64,000 bases of DNA from Candidatus Nomurabacteria bacterium (lineage in GTDB: Bacteria > Patescibacteriota > Minisyncoccia > Phycocordibacterales > CALRBL01), in the NCBI GenBank assembly GCA_963834935.1, contig CAWIDS010000001.1, positions 367,642-431,641 of the forward strand, read 5' to 3'. Both the position numbers and the translations under genes were made by a program. Positions 1 through 9,412 of the stretch are shown in pieces. The notes under the pieces were generated by a model that did no database searches, was not told where the DNA came from, and was given only the letters and a program-made list of their open reading frames with translations. Each line of letters starts with the position of its first letter. Position 1 is the stretch's first letter.

Positions 1-4
1 AGAA

Positions 5-1087
5 GTGAAGGAAGGCTTCATGTCGCGCCTGCAAGTGCCGCTTTTCATCGGCGGAGTGAAGATGCACGACAAGATAATCTTCGCTAGAAATCTCGGCGGC
101 ATGCTCGAAGCGGGACTTTCGCTTTCCCGCGCCCTCCAGGTGATGGAACATCAGAGCAAAGACAAGCGCCTCAAGGGCATTTTCGGCAGCTTGAATGCCA
201 CGATCAGCCAAGGCAAGACATTCCATGAAGCGCTCGCAGTTTACCCTCATGTCTTCAATACCCTTTTCATCTCCATGGTAAAGGCTGGCGAGGGATCGGG
301 CAATCTTGCAAACTCTCTGAAAGAAGTGGCCGACCAGATAGAAAAGAGCTATCTTCTCCAGAAAAAGATACAAGGAGCGATGATTTATCCGTCGATCATA
401 TTCACCTTGATGATAGTCATCGGCGTGCTGATGCTTATCTACGTGGTGCCTGGCCTCACAAGCACGTTCCAAGACCTTCATACCCAGCTTCCGGCCAGCA
501 CCCAATTCGTCATTACCTTGAGCGATTTCCTGAAGAACCACTATTTCAGCTCCTTTTTGATACTCGTTGCGGCAGTCGGAAGCATTTATGGCATCTTGCA
601 TACGGAAAAAGGCAAGAGGACTTTTGATTTTCTGGTGCTCCGCCTTCCTGTTGTCGGCAATATAGTCATCGAATCCAATTCAGCCCGCACCGCCCGCACC
701 CTTTCTTCGCTCCTGAATTCAGGCGTCGATCTCATCCTTGCCACCCAGATTACTTCCGAAGTCTTGCAGAACTATTACTACAAGAAAGTCCTCGACGAAG
801 CCAAAGTTCTCATTGAGAAAGGCCAGCCGATGTCGAAAGTCTTTTCCGATAACGAGAATATCTATCCTGCTTTTGTCGGCGAAATGATGAGCGTAGGCGA
901 AGAGACCGGAAGGCTTGGAGCGATGCTTGTCGGAGTGGCAGTCTTCTATGAAGGCGAAGTCGACCAGAAGACGAAGGATATGTCGACTATCATCGAGCCG
1001 GTACTCATGATCATCATCGGTCTTGCTGTCGGATTCTTCGCCGTATCGATGATCACCCCTACCTACACCGTCCTCAACAACATCTAA
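5..1087 (+). CDS. pilC: Type IV pilus / type II secretion platform protein PilC/GspF (5'-truncated at window edge)
   Basis: Translation shows the two-repeat GspF-type polytopic membrane architecture and conserved GspF-family motifs. It lies directly upstream of prepilin genes. The ORF is open to the window start. Confidence 0.75.
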   Translation: MKEGFMSRLQVPLFIGGVKMHDKIIFARNLGGMLEAGLSLSRALQVMEHQSKDKRLKGIFGSLNATISQGKTFHEALAVYPHVFNTLFISMVKAGEGSGNLANSLKEVADQIEKSYLLQKKIQGAMIYPSIIFTLMIVIGVLMLIYVVPGLTSTFQDLHTQLPASTQFVITLSDFLKNHYFSSFLILVAAVGSIYGILHTEKGKRTFDFLVLRLPVVGNIVIESNSARTARTLSSLLNSGVDLILATQITSEVLQNYYYKKVLDEAKVLIEKGQPMSKVFSDNENIYPAFVGEMMSVGEETGRLGAMLVGVAVFYEGEVDQKTKDMSTIIEPVLMIIIGLAVGFFAVSMITPTYTVLNNI

Positions 1088-1088
1088 C

Positions 1089-2891
1089 ATGGCATTGCAT
1101 TTCAAAAAGTCATCCGCAGGCTTCACTTTAGTCGAGATGCTCATAGTGATAGCCGTCTTCCTGCTTATCACCACGGCGATCTCGACGACTTATATAAAAG
1201 TATTCAACGTGCTTTCTTTGAACAAGATGAAGATACTTGCTTTGGATGCGGCAGATGAACAGATCGAGCTCATCAGGAATCTGCCGTACAGCCAGGTAGG
1301 GGAAGTGAATGGCATTCCAAACGGCAAGATTCCTCACACGAGCACCATAACGGAAGGCGGAATACCTTTCACTCTGACTACGACGATCCGCAATGTGGAT
1401 GATCCATTCGATGGCACGATCGGAAGTAGCACCAATCCTGACCTTTCTCCAGCCGATTACAAATCAGTGGAAGTGCAAGTGGATGCCTCTTCGTCTGTGC
1501 CATTCAAGAGCCTGAAGCTCGATACTATTGTGGCTCCACTCAATCTTGAGACCGCATCCACAAATGGTGCCCTCTTAGTAAAAGTCTTTGATGCAAATGG
1601 TAATCCGGTTGCTGATGCCAATGTCCATATCGTCAATGTCGCCACCACAACACCGATCATTATCGATGACGTTACCAACGACGCCGGCAACCTGCTTATC
1701 GTGGACGTACCGCCTGGTACGAACGCTTACCAGATTACTGTCTCGAAACCGGGCTATTCGATTGATCAGACTTATCCGGTAGGAGGTTCAGGCAATCCTA
1801 ATCCAACGAAGCAGAACGTCACTGTCCTTCTCCAGCAGCTGAGCCAGGCAAGCTTCTCGATCGACAAGGTGAGCTCGCTGACCATCAATACCGAGAATTA
1901 CCTTTGCGCTGCCATTCCGAATGTCACCACCAGCATTACAGGCTCAAAGCTTATAGGCACGCCGAACGTCTACAAGTACTCCTCAACCAGCACAACTGAC
2001 GGCACGGGGAGGCTTGTGCTTTCAAATCTTGAGTGGGATATTTATTCGCTTTTGGTGAATGATTCCACTTATGAGCTTATCGGATCAAATCCGACATTCC
2101 CTTTAAGCATCCTTCCTGGTAGCACGCAAAGCGTGAATCTGATTGTCGAACCGAAAAACCCTGACACGCTCGTAGTTTCGGTCACCGATTCCACCACCAA
2201 TCTTCCTCTGACAAATGCTTCGGTGACTCTTTCGAATGGCGGATACAATTCTACTCTGACTACTGGGCAGGGCTTCATCCGCCAGACTGATTGGTCGGGA
2301 GGAAGCGGCCAGTCTGACAGCATCAATGCTAATCAATATTATTCCGACGATTCGAATATTGATACTACAGGAACTCCGGGCGGCGTAGTGCTCAAGCAAG
2401 TATTCGGCAGCTATGTTTCATCTGGACAGCTCGTTTCCTCAACTTATGACACGGGCACGAGCACCAATTTCTCGCAGATCCTTTGGAATCCACACGACGA
2501 GCCAGTGCAGACCGGCTCAAGCACAGCATTCCAGATCGCTACTTCGAATACGGACACTGCAACTACTACGTGGAATTTCGTCGGTCCTGATGGGACGTCT
2601 GCGACCTATTTTACTACGGCTGATCAGACAATAAACGCGGCTCAGAACGGCACGCGCTATATCCGCTATAAGATGTATCTTTCGACGGCTAATTCGGCGT
2701 ATACCCCGAACATCTCCGATGTCACCATTACTTTCGCTTCCTCATGCATACCGCCGGGACAAGTTTTTTTCAGCGGCCTCTCTTCAGGAAGCTATACGCT
2801 TAGTGTGTCGGATGCTGGTTATCAGACGAGCAGCCAATCTACGAGCATTGCTTCGCCATGGCAGTCAGCTACCGTCCCTTTATCCCAATAA
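1089..2891 (+). CDS. Giant type IV pilin-like protein (prepilin-type N-terminal cleavage/methylation domain plus long Ser/Thr-rich domain)
   Basis: N-terminus is MALHFKKSSAGFTLVEMLIVIAVF, the canonical class-III signal (G|FTLxE followed by a hydrophobic helix). The start follows pilC by 1 nt. About 550 aa of Thr/Ser/Asn-rich beta-type sequence follows. Confidence 0.75.
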   Translation: MALHFKKSSAGFTLVEMLIVIAVFLLITTAISTTYIKVFNVLSLNKMKILALDAADEQIELIRNLPYSQVGEVNGIPNGKIPHTSTITEGGIPFTLTTTIRNVDDPFDGTIGSSTNPDLSPADYKSVEVQVDASSSVPFKSLKLDTIVAPLNLETASTNGALLVKVFDANGNPVADANVHIVNVATTTPIIIDDVTNDAGNLLIVDVPPGTNAYQITVSKPGYSIDQTYPVGGSGNPNPTKQNVTVLLQQLSQASFSIDKVSSLTINTENYLCAAIPNVTTSITGSKLIGTPNVYKYSSTSTTDGTGRLVLSNLEWDIYSLLVNDSTYELIGSNPTFPLSILPGSTQSVNLIVEPKNPDTLVVSVTDSTTNLPLTNASVTLSNGGYNSTLTTGQGFIRQTDWSGGSGQSDSINANQYYSDDSNIDTTGTPGGVVLKQVFGSYVSSGQLVSSTYDTGTSTNFSQILWNPHDEPVQTGSSTAFQIATSNTDTATTTWNFVGPDGTSATYFTTADQTINAAQNGTRYIRYKMYLSTANSAYTPNISDVTITFASSCIPPGQVFFSGLSSGSYTLSVSDAGYQTSSQSTSIASPWQSATVPLSQ

Positions 2892-2892
2892 T

Positions 2893-3516
2893 ATGAATTC
2901 AAAAATCACAGCAAAAAAAGGATTCTCATTGCTTGAAATGCTCGTGGTGATGGGCATTCTCACCCTTTTCATCGCCCTTGTGTCCGATTTCCAAGCGAAG
3001 ATATTTATCTATGACGAAATCTTCCAGGGAGGAAATACCACGGATTTGGAAGCACTTTCAGTACTCAAGACCATGGCTGCCGAGATGAGGTCGATGTCGC
3101 CTTCGAGTGCAGGTGCTTATCCGATAGATAATGCAGGAACGAGCACAATCACCTTTTACGATGATATCAATAATGACGGCAGCAAGGAGAAAATACGCTA
3201 TTTTTTATCAGGGACGACGCTCGAGCGCGGGCTTACATATGGATCAGGCAATCCTGTCGTTTATAATCCGTCATCCGAGACGATCACCACGCTCATCACC
3301 AATGTCCGCAATGCAAGCACGACGCCGATCTTCAGTTACTATGACGATACATATTACGGACAAGCCTCTTCAACCCCGCTTTCGTACCCTTTGAATATTT
3401 TCAGCATAAGCCTGGTCAATATGAATGTCATCATTGATGCTGATCCGAACAAGCCGCTGTCGCCGCTTAATGAATCGACAAGCGTAACCATCCGTAATCT
3501 GAAGAATAATTTATGA
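2893..3516 (+). CDS. Type IV pilin / pseudopilin-like protein
   Basis: ATG at 2893 gives MNSKITAKKGFSLLEMLVVMGILTLF, a prepilin-type N-terminal motif with Glu5. The six-frame ORF extends further upstream, but that extension overlaps the previous gene. Confidence 0.7.
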   Translation: MNSKITAKKGFSLLEMLVVMGILTLFIALVSDFQAKIFIYDEIFQGGNTTDLEALSVLKTMAAEMRSMSPSSAGAYPIDNAGTSTITFYDDINNDGSKEKIRYFLSGTTLERGLTYGSGNPVVYNPSSETITTLITNVRNASTTPIFSYYDDTYYGQASSTPLSYPLNIFSISLVNMNVIIDADPNKPLSPLNESTSVTIRNLKNNL

Positions 3517-3776
3517 AAAACTTAGCGAAAAAAAATAAAGGCTTCATGCTCGTGGGCATTCTCGTCTTCGCTTCGATCGCCGTGCTCATCATGAGCACTA
3601 TCGTCAGCGGAGCTGTGTCGAATATCGAGCTTACGGAACGGTTGACTGACAAGGAAAAAGCATTCCAGATAGCGGAAGCAGGCGTGGATTATTATCGCTG
3701 GCACCTCGCTCATGCCTCGCAGGATTTTCAGGACGGCACTGGCAAATCGGGTCCTTATGTCCCATCAATTCTATGA
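3513..3776 (+). CDS. Minor pilin / PilX-like N-terminal module (possible 5' part of a frameshifted larger gene)
   Basis: MKNLAKKNKGFMLVGILVFASIAVLIMS is a pilin-like N-terminal TM segment without Glu5, then AEAGVDYYRW. The ORF ends by a frame change that overlaps the next ORF. Confidence 0.4.
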   Translation: MKNLAKKNKGFMLVGILVFASIAVLIMSTIVSGAVSNIELTERLTDKEKAFQIAEAGVDYYRWHLAHASQDFQDGTGKSGPYVPSIL

Positions 3777-4983
3777 CAAGGATAGCAATCTGATCGGAAG
3801 CTTCTCGCTGAATATAATTCCACCGCTTACCGGCTCGACGGTAGTGAAGGTCCAATCGACGGGTAATGTGGTCACTTCTTCGGAAAGCCGTGAGATACAA
3901 TCTACTCTTGCTATTCCGTCGCTCGCCCAATTCGCTGTCGTTGCCAACGACAATATGCGTTTCGGCCAAGGAACTACGGTATACGGCCCTATCCAATCCA
4001 ATTATGGAATCCATTTTGATGGCGTCGCTCACAATCTTGTCTCGAGCGCACTTTCTTCATACGTCGATCCAGACACAGGCTACACGCAGTTTGGAGTTTA
4101 CACTGCGGTCATTCCCCCGCCAGGAAGCGGCACGTACAGCGGATCCATTCCAGCTGAGGCTCCACCAAGCACGCCCGCAGCCCGGAGCGACGTCTTCATG
4201 GCAGGCAGGCAATTTCCCGTGACGACATTTGATTTTACCGGAATGACCACCGACCTTGCTTCGATGAAAGCCACTGCCCAGGCTTCCACCTCGAACAGCT
4301 ACTTCGCAAGCTCCGGCTCTTACGGCTACAACATTATCCTGAAGACGAACGGAACATACGATTTATACAAGGTGACGCAGCTGCAAACGCCTACGAATTC
4401 ATGCACCACTTATAGCGATCCCAGTCCAGCGACAGTAGGATGGGGATCGTGGTCAGTCAAGACGCAGCAATTCCTCAAGAATTATACTTTTCCTTCAAGC
4501 GGAGTGATATTCATCGAGGATAATGTCTGGGTCGAAGGTCAGATCAATCATGCTCGCCTTACTATCGCTTCAGGAAAATTCCCCGATAATCCTTCGACCA
4601 GGACAAGTATTACGGTGAACAACAACCTTCTCTACACTAATTTTGACGGAACTGACTCGCTCTCTCTCGTCTCTCAGAATAATGTCAATGTGGGAATGTA
4701 CGGCTTGGACACACTTACGATCGATGGCGCTTTGGTTGCCCAGAACGGCAGAGTCGGCCGTTTTTACTATGCTACGCAATGCAGCCCTTATGCCACTCGC
4801 ACCAATCTCACCCTTTACGGCATGATTGCTACCAACACTCGCTACGGCTTTGCTTACAGCGATGGCACGGGCTATACCAACCGCTATCTCAACTACGACG
4901 GCAACATGCTTTACGCCCCTCCGCCTGATTTTCCTTTGACTTCGAGTCTTTACAGCGTGATCGGCTGGCAATCGATTAAGTAG
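3712..4983 (+). CDS. Large pilus-associated protein, probably the C-terminal body of a PilX/PilY-like minor pilin
   Basis: The 423-aa ORF overlaps the preceding pilin-like ORF by 65 nt in another frame. It is Ser/Thr/Asn/Gly-rich with beta-rich repeats and has no N-terminal signal of its own. Confidence 0.45.
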   Translation: MPRRIFRTALANRVLMSHQFYDKDSNLIGSFSLNIIPPLTGSTVVKVQSTGNVVTSSESREIQSTLAIPSLAQFAVVANDNMRFGQGTTVYGPIQSNYGIHFDGVAHNLVSSALSSYVDPDTGYTQFGVYTAVIPPPGSGTYSGSIPAEAPPSTPAARSDVFMAGRQFPVTTFDFTGMTTDLASMKATAQASTSNSYFASSGSYGYNIILKTNGTYDLYKVTQLQTPTNSCTTYSDPSPATVGWGSWSVKTQQFLKNYTFPSSGVIFIEDNVWVEGQINHARLTIASGKFPDNPSTRTSITVNNNLLYTNFDGTDSLSLVSQNNVNVGMYGLDTLTIDGALVAQNGRVGRFYYATQCSPYATRTNLTLYGMIATNTRYGFAYSDGTGYTNRYLNYDGNMLYAPPPDFPLTSSLYSVIGWQSIK

Positions 4984-5017
4984 AGTCTCGTTTTTTGAGT
5001 GTGATATACTGACGGAC

Positions 5018-5785
5018 ATGAAAAAGAGGAAAAAAATCGTGATAGGCAATTGGAAGATGAACCCTGATACTTTTAAGGACGCGAAAGCATTGAATGATTC
5101 GATAAAAAGGAGAGCGTTGTCGGTAAAGAAGACATCAATCATCATCTGTCCGCCCTCGATTTACCTCCCGAATCTGAAAGGAACCTCATCTTCTAAAAAG
5201 ATCAGCTACGGCATACAGAATATCGGAAAAGAGAAATCAGGCGCATTTACCGGCGAAATTTCCGCTTCAATGGCTAAAAGCATGGGTGCTTCATACGCCA
5301 TCGTAGGTCATTCTGAGCGCCGCGCGGCCGGCGAGACTAATGAAGATACTTCGAAAAAAGTGGCATTGCTCATCGAGCAGAAGATAAGCCCGATACTTTG
5401 CATCGGGGAAAAGGCCGTAGACGAGCATGCCGGGCATCTTGCTTTCGTGAAGGAACAGCTCTCAATCGGCCTATCGAAAGTGACAACGGCGAATATCGGC
5501 CAAGTCATCATCGCCTACGAGCCGGTATATGCGATCGGAGCGAAGGATCCAGTGACCTCGCATGAGATACATCAGAGGAATATTTTCATAAAGAAGGTGC
5601 TTACCGGCATGTACGGCAAGGCGAAGGCATTCGAGATACCGATACTTTACGGAGGATCAGTCAATGCCGAGAATGCTTATGAATTGGTCAAAGGAGGTGA
5701 TGTCGACGGCCTTCTTGTCGGACGCGACAGTCTGAAGGCAGAAAATTTTATCCAGATTGCCAAGAAAATGGATTTACTCTCATGA
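5018..5785 (+). CDS. tpiA: Triosephosphate isomerase
   Basis: Motifs IVIGNWKMN, AIVGHSERR and AYEPVYAIG are present. Confidence 0.9.
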   Translation: MKKRKKIVIGNWKMNPDTFKDAKALNDSIKRRALSVKKTSIIICPPSIYLPNLKGTSSSKKISYGIQNIGKEKSGAFTGEISASMAKSMGASYAIVGHSERRAAGETNEDTSKKVALLIEQKISPILCIGEKAVDEHAGHLAFVKEQLSIGLSKVTTANIGQVIIAYEPVYAIGAKDPVTSHEIHQRNIFIKKVLTGMYGKAKAFEIPILYGGSVNAENAYELVKGGDVDGLLVGRDSLKAENFIQIAKKMDLLS

Positions 5786-6912
5786 TACGGAACCTTCGAG
5801 ACCTGTCTCCATCGGATATCCAAGGGAAAAAAGTGCTCGTGCGCGTTGATTTCAACGTGCCGGTGAAGGACGGCAAAGTGGTTGATGATTACAGGATCAT
5901 CAGGGCGCTTCCGACCATCAATTTTCTTCGCGAAAATGGGGCAAAAGTGCTTCTGTTAAGCCATATCGAGACAAAAGATGTTACGCCGACGCTCGTTCCC
6001 GTCTTTGATTACCTCTCGAATCTCTTTGAGCTTTCTTTTCTGAAAGATTGCTTCAATGACGAGGCAAAACTGAAGATTTCTTCCCTCAAGGACGGCGAAG
6101 TGATCCTGTTCGAGAATATCCGCCAGTATGAACAGGAGAAAAAGAATGATATGGATTTCGCAAAGCATCTCGCTTCGCTTGCTGATATCTATGTCGACGA
6201 TGCTTTTGCTGTCATGCACCGAGAGCATGCGTCGGTGGTCGGCGTTCCGAAATTCATTCCTTCATACGCAGGATTTTTGCTTTCGGATGAGATCAAGCAT
6301 CTGAAGATCGACGCAAGCACTCCGCACCCATTCCTTTTCATCCTCGGCGGAGCAAAATTCGAGACAAAGCTTCCCCTCATAAATACGTTCCTTGGAAAAG
6401 CGGACAAGGTTTTCGTGGCGGGCGCGCTGATCAATGATATGCTGAAAGCCAAAGGCTATGAAGTGGGTGTGTCCGTGGTTTCAGATCAGCTGATCGACAT
6501 AAGCGACATCATTAATGATCCGAAGCTCATCATTCCTGTCGATGTGGTGGTCAAGAATGGAGACGAGACAAAGACAAAAGCTATTTCTGCCGTAGCCAAA
6601 GATGATATGATAATGGATATTGGAGAGAAGACGATGAGTACGATCGCCGAAGAAGTGAAGAATGCGAAATACATTCTCTGGAACGGACCCCTCGGCTTTT
6701 ACGAAAAAGGATTCAAGGAGGCTACTGTCTCGCTTTGCAAGATGATCGGCGGAGGCTCAGCAGAATCGGTTGTCGGCGGAGGCGATACGCTTGCTTCGAT
6801 CCAGGAGCTTCATCTTGAAGATAAATTTACCTTTATTTCTACCGGAGGAGGAGCGATGCTCGAATTCCTTCTCAAAGGCACTCTTCCAGGCATCGAAGCT
6901 TTAGACAAATAG
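5782..6912 (+). CDS. pgk: Phosphoglycerate kinase
   Basis: VLVRVDFNVP near the N-terminus, the WNGPLGFYE hinge and GGGDT. It overlaps tpiA by 4 nt, consistent with coupled translation. Confidence 0.9.
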   Translation: MIRNLRDLSPSDIQGKKVLVRVDFNVPVKDGKVVDDYRIIRALPTINFLRENGAKVLLLSHIETKDVTPTLVPVFDYLSNLFELSFLKDCFNDEAKLKISSLKDGEVILFENIRQYEQEKKNDMDFAKHLASLADIYVDDAFAVMHREHASVVGVPKFIPSYAGFLLSDEIKHLKIDASTPHPFLFILGGAKFETKLPLINTFLGKADKVFVAGALINDMLKAKGYEVGVSVVSDQLIDISDIINDPKLIIPVDVVVKNGDETKTKAISAVAKDDMIMDIGEKTMSTIAEEVKNAKYILWNGPLGFYEKGFKEATVSLCKMIGGGSAESVVGGGDTLASIQELHLEDKFTFISTGGGAMLEFLLKGTLPGIEALDK

Positions 6913-6922
6913 GTATCCATAC

Positions 6923-8629
6923 ATGAAGAAGGTCGTCATCCGGGAACAGGAAGGGGAAACATTGCTTGATCACTTGCTCTTTCATCGTGGGATCGTCGGA
7001 CAAGACGAGAAAGAACGATTTCTCTATCCTTCATATGAAGAAGGCCTGAATGACCCTTATTTGCTTTCCGGCATGGAGAAGGCGGTTTCCCGCATAGATG
7101 AAGCGATAAAAAAGGAAGAAAAGATTCTCATATACAGCGATTATGACGCTGACGGTATTCCAGGGGCAGTCGTGCTCTCTGATTTTTTCAAGATGATCGG
7201 GTACATGAACGTCACCAACTACATCCCACACCGGCATGATGAAGGGTTCGGCCTGCACGAAGAAGCGATCGAGATCATTTCAAAAAACGGAATAACTTTG
7301 CTCATTACCGTCGATTGCGGCATAACTGACATAAAGGAAGTGGAAAAGGCGAATGGATTAGGGATTGACGTCATCATTACTGATCATCATCTACCCGGAG
7401 AAGCGCTGCCTGAAGCGTTCGCAATTATCGATCCGAAGCTGAGCCCGGAATATCCCGATCAGATGATTTGCGGATCGGGTGTCGCATTCAAGATCGTGCA
7501 AGCCATGCTTTCCAAAGACAGGAGGGGAGTTCCGGAAGGGAAAGAAAAGTGGCTTCTCGACATGGTTGGCTTGGCTACGCTTTCCGACATGGTTCCTCTC
7601 AAAGGCGAGAACAGGATTTTTGCCAAATACGGATTGAAGGTCCTCCAGAAGTCGCCCCGTCCCGGAATCCAGAAATTGCTTTCTTCGTTGAAGATTTCCC
7701 AAAAGGACGTCACTGAAGACGATATTGCCTTCATGGTCACACCGCGCATCAACGTGGCTTCCCGCATGGGTAGTCCAACAGATGCTTTCAAGCTTCTTTC
7801 CACTGATGATCCTGCTGAAGCTGCGATGCTGGTCGAGAAGCTTAATCTCCTGAATGACGAGCGCAAAGGGGTCGTGGCTGCAATAGTGAAGGAGATCAAG
7901 AACAAGATAAACAAGCGCGGACTTAAAGAGAAGAAAGTGATTGTCCTCGGCAATCCCTCATGGAAGCCAGCAGTGCTCGGCTTGGTTGCCAACAGCCTGA
8001 TGAAGGAATACCAGAAGCCAGCATTTCTCTGGGGCAGAAGCGGTAGTGAGTCGGGAACAGATGAATTGCTCAAAGGTTCCTGCCGGTCGGAAGGACAGAC
8101 AGATGTGGTTGCCTTGATGAGCAATGTGCCGAAAGGATTGTTCGACGATTTCGGCGGCCACAAGATGTCGGGAGGCTTTTCCGTATCCACCGAGAATATC
8201 CATCGATTAGATGAAGCCTTGAATGCCTCCTACGAAGAATTATTTTCAAAAAATATTAAAGACGAAGAAAAGCAGGCGGTTGATAGGGTTATTTCTATCG
8301 ACGATATCGATTTTTCACTATGGAACATCGTCGAGAAGCTCGCTCCTTTCGGCATAGACAATCACAAGCCAATCTTCCTTTTTAAGGATATCGTTCCAAC
8401 CGTTGTCAAACGCTTCGGCAAGAAGAGCGAGCATCTTGAGCTAGTCTTTAACAAGCAGAATCAGAAAAAGGTGTCTGCTATTTATTTTTTTACCGAGGAT
8501 AATCCTGAATTCAGCGCACTTTCGGCAGGAACGCCTTTCACCCTTCTTGCAACTCTCGAGAAGTCTACGTTTCGCGGATTCCCGGAACTGCGGCTCAGGA
8601 TCGTCGATGTTTCCGTCGTGTTACAATAG
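6923..8629 (+). CDS. recJ: Single-stranded-DNA-specific exonuclease RecJ
   Basis: DHH-family motifs are present: IYSDYDADGI, DHH (TDHHLP) and a DHHA1-like C-terminal half. Confidence 0.85.
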   Translation: MKKVVIREQEGETLLDHLLFHRGIVGQDEKERFLYPSYEEGLNDPYLLSGMEKAVSRIDEAIKKEEKILIYSDYDADGIPGAVVLSDFFKMIGYMNVTNYIPHRHDEGFGLHEEAIEIISKNGITLLITVDCGITDIKEVEKANGLGIDVIITDHHLPGEALPEAFAIIDPKLSPEYPDQMICGSGVAFKIVQAMLSKDRRGVPEGKEKWLLDMVGLATLSDMVPLKGENRIFAKYGLKVLQKSPRPGIQKLLSSLKISQKDVTEDDIAFMVTPRINVASRMGSPTDAFKLLSTDDPAEAAMLVEKLNLLNDERKGVVAAIVKEIKNKINKRGLKEKKVIVLGNPSWKPAVLGLVANSLMKEYQKPAFLWGRSGSESGTDELLKGSCRSEGQTDVVALMSNVPKGLFDDFGGHKMSGGFSVSTENIHRLDEALNASYEELFSKNIKDEEKQAVDRVISIDDIDFSLWNIVEKLAPFGIDNHKPIFLFKDIVPTVVKRFGKKSEHLELVFNKQNQKKVSAIYFFTEDNPEFSALSAGTPFTLLATLEKSTFRGFPELRLRIVDVSVVLQ

Positions 8630-8633
8630 GGGA

Positions 8634-9380
8634 ATGCAGCAGGGAAAAATAATCATATTCACCGATGGCTCATCTCGAGGTAATCCTGGCCCAGGCGGCT
8701 ATGCCTATATTTCAATATATCCCGATTCGCACGGCACGTTCAAAATAGATGAAGGCGGAGGCAAGGAATCGCTGACGACGAACAATCGCATGGAGCTTCG
8801 CGCTGCCATCGAGGCTCTGAATAATTTTGACGGCTATTTTGACTCGGCGGAAAATACTCAGAATGCCTATCACATTTATCTCGACTCGGCTTATGTCTTG
8901 AACGGCATTACCAAATGGGTCTTCGGCTGGGAAAGGAATGGCTGGCTGACCTCGCAAAAAGAAAAAGTAGTGAACGAGGATTTATGGAAAGAGCTGAAGT
9001 CATCGACCGAAGGAAAAAAGATTGAATGGCATCTGCTCAAAGGCCATGGCGGAATAGCAGGGAATGAAAGATGTGACGAGATTGCGACTGCTTTTGCCGA
9101 TTCAGTTACGGACCCAACGGCAGAACCGTCCCTTTTCAAAGGCAAAGCCAGCGACTATAAGATAGACATTTTCAATATGGAGATGAGTGCTGGCGTATCG
9201 AAAAGTTCCAAAGGCAAAAAGGCATATTCATATGTCAGTTCGATCAACGGCAAAGTGATGATCCATCGGACGTGGGCGGAATGTGAAGCTCGTGTCAAAG
9301 GCGAGAAAGGCGCGCGTTTTAAGAAAGCCCTGAGCAAGAGCGATGAGGATGAATTGATAAGCACTCTAGGAAAGATTTAG
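8634..9380 (+). CDS. rnhA: Ribonuclease HI with a C-terminal RNA/DNA hybrid-binding (Cauli_VI-like) domain
   Basis: ATG at 8634 gives MQQGKIIIFTDGSSRGNPGPGGYAY and HLLKGHGGIAGNERCDEIA, the RNase H catalytic core. The C-terminal 70 aa, KKAYSYVSSINGKVMIHRTWAECEARVKGEKGARFKKALSKSDE, matches the hybrid-binding-domain pattern. Confidence 0.8.
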   Translation: MQQGKIIIFTDGSSRGNPGPGGYAYISIYPDSHGTFKIDEGGGKESLTTNNRMELRAAIEALNNFDGYFDSAENTQNAYHIYLDSAYVLNGITKWVFGWERNGWLTSQKEKVVNEDLWKELKSSTEGKKIEWHLLKGHGGIAGNERCDEIATAFADSVTDPTAEPSLFKGKASDYKIDIFNMEMSAGVSKSSKGKKAYSYVSSINGKVMIHRTWAECEARVKGEKGARFKKALSKSDEDELISTLGKI

Positions 9381-9412
9381 AATGATTTTAAGATTACGCG
9401 GGAAAATAATGC

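Noticed and set aside
719-1337. Minus-strand ORFs antisense to pilC/pilin
   Set aside because: Shadow ORFs. The plus-strand genes have strong family motifs.
4570-5145. 191-aa minus-strand ORF
   Set aside because: It spans the 3' end of the pilus gene and the tpiA start. tpiA is unambiguous on the plus strand.
7459-8190. 243-aa minus-strand ORF inside recJ
   Set aside because: It is antisense to a well-supported RecJ with DHH motifs. Its Ser/Pro-rich composition is typical of shadow ORFs.
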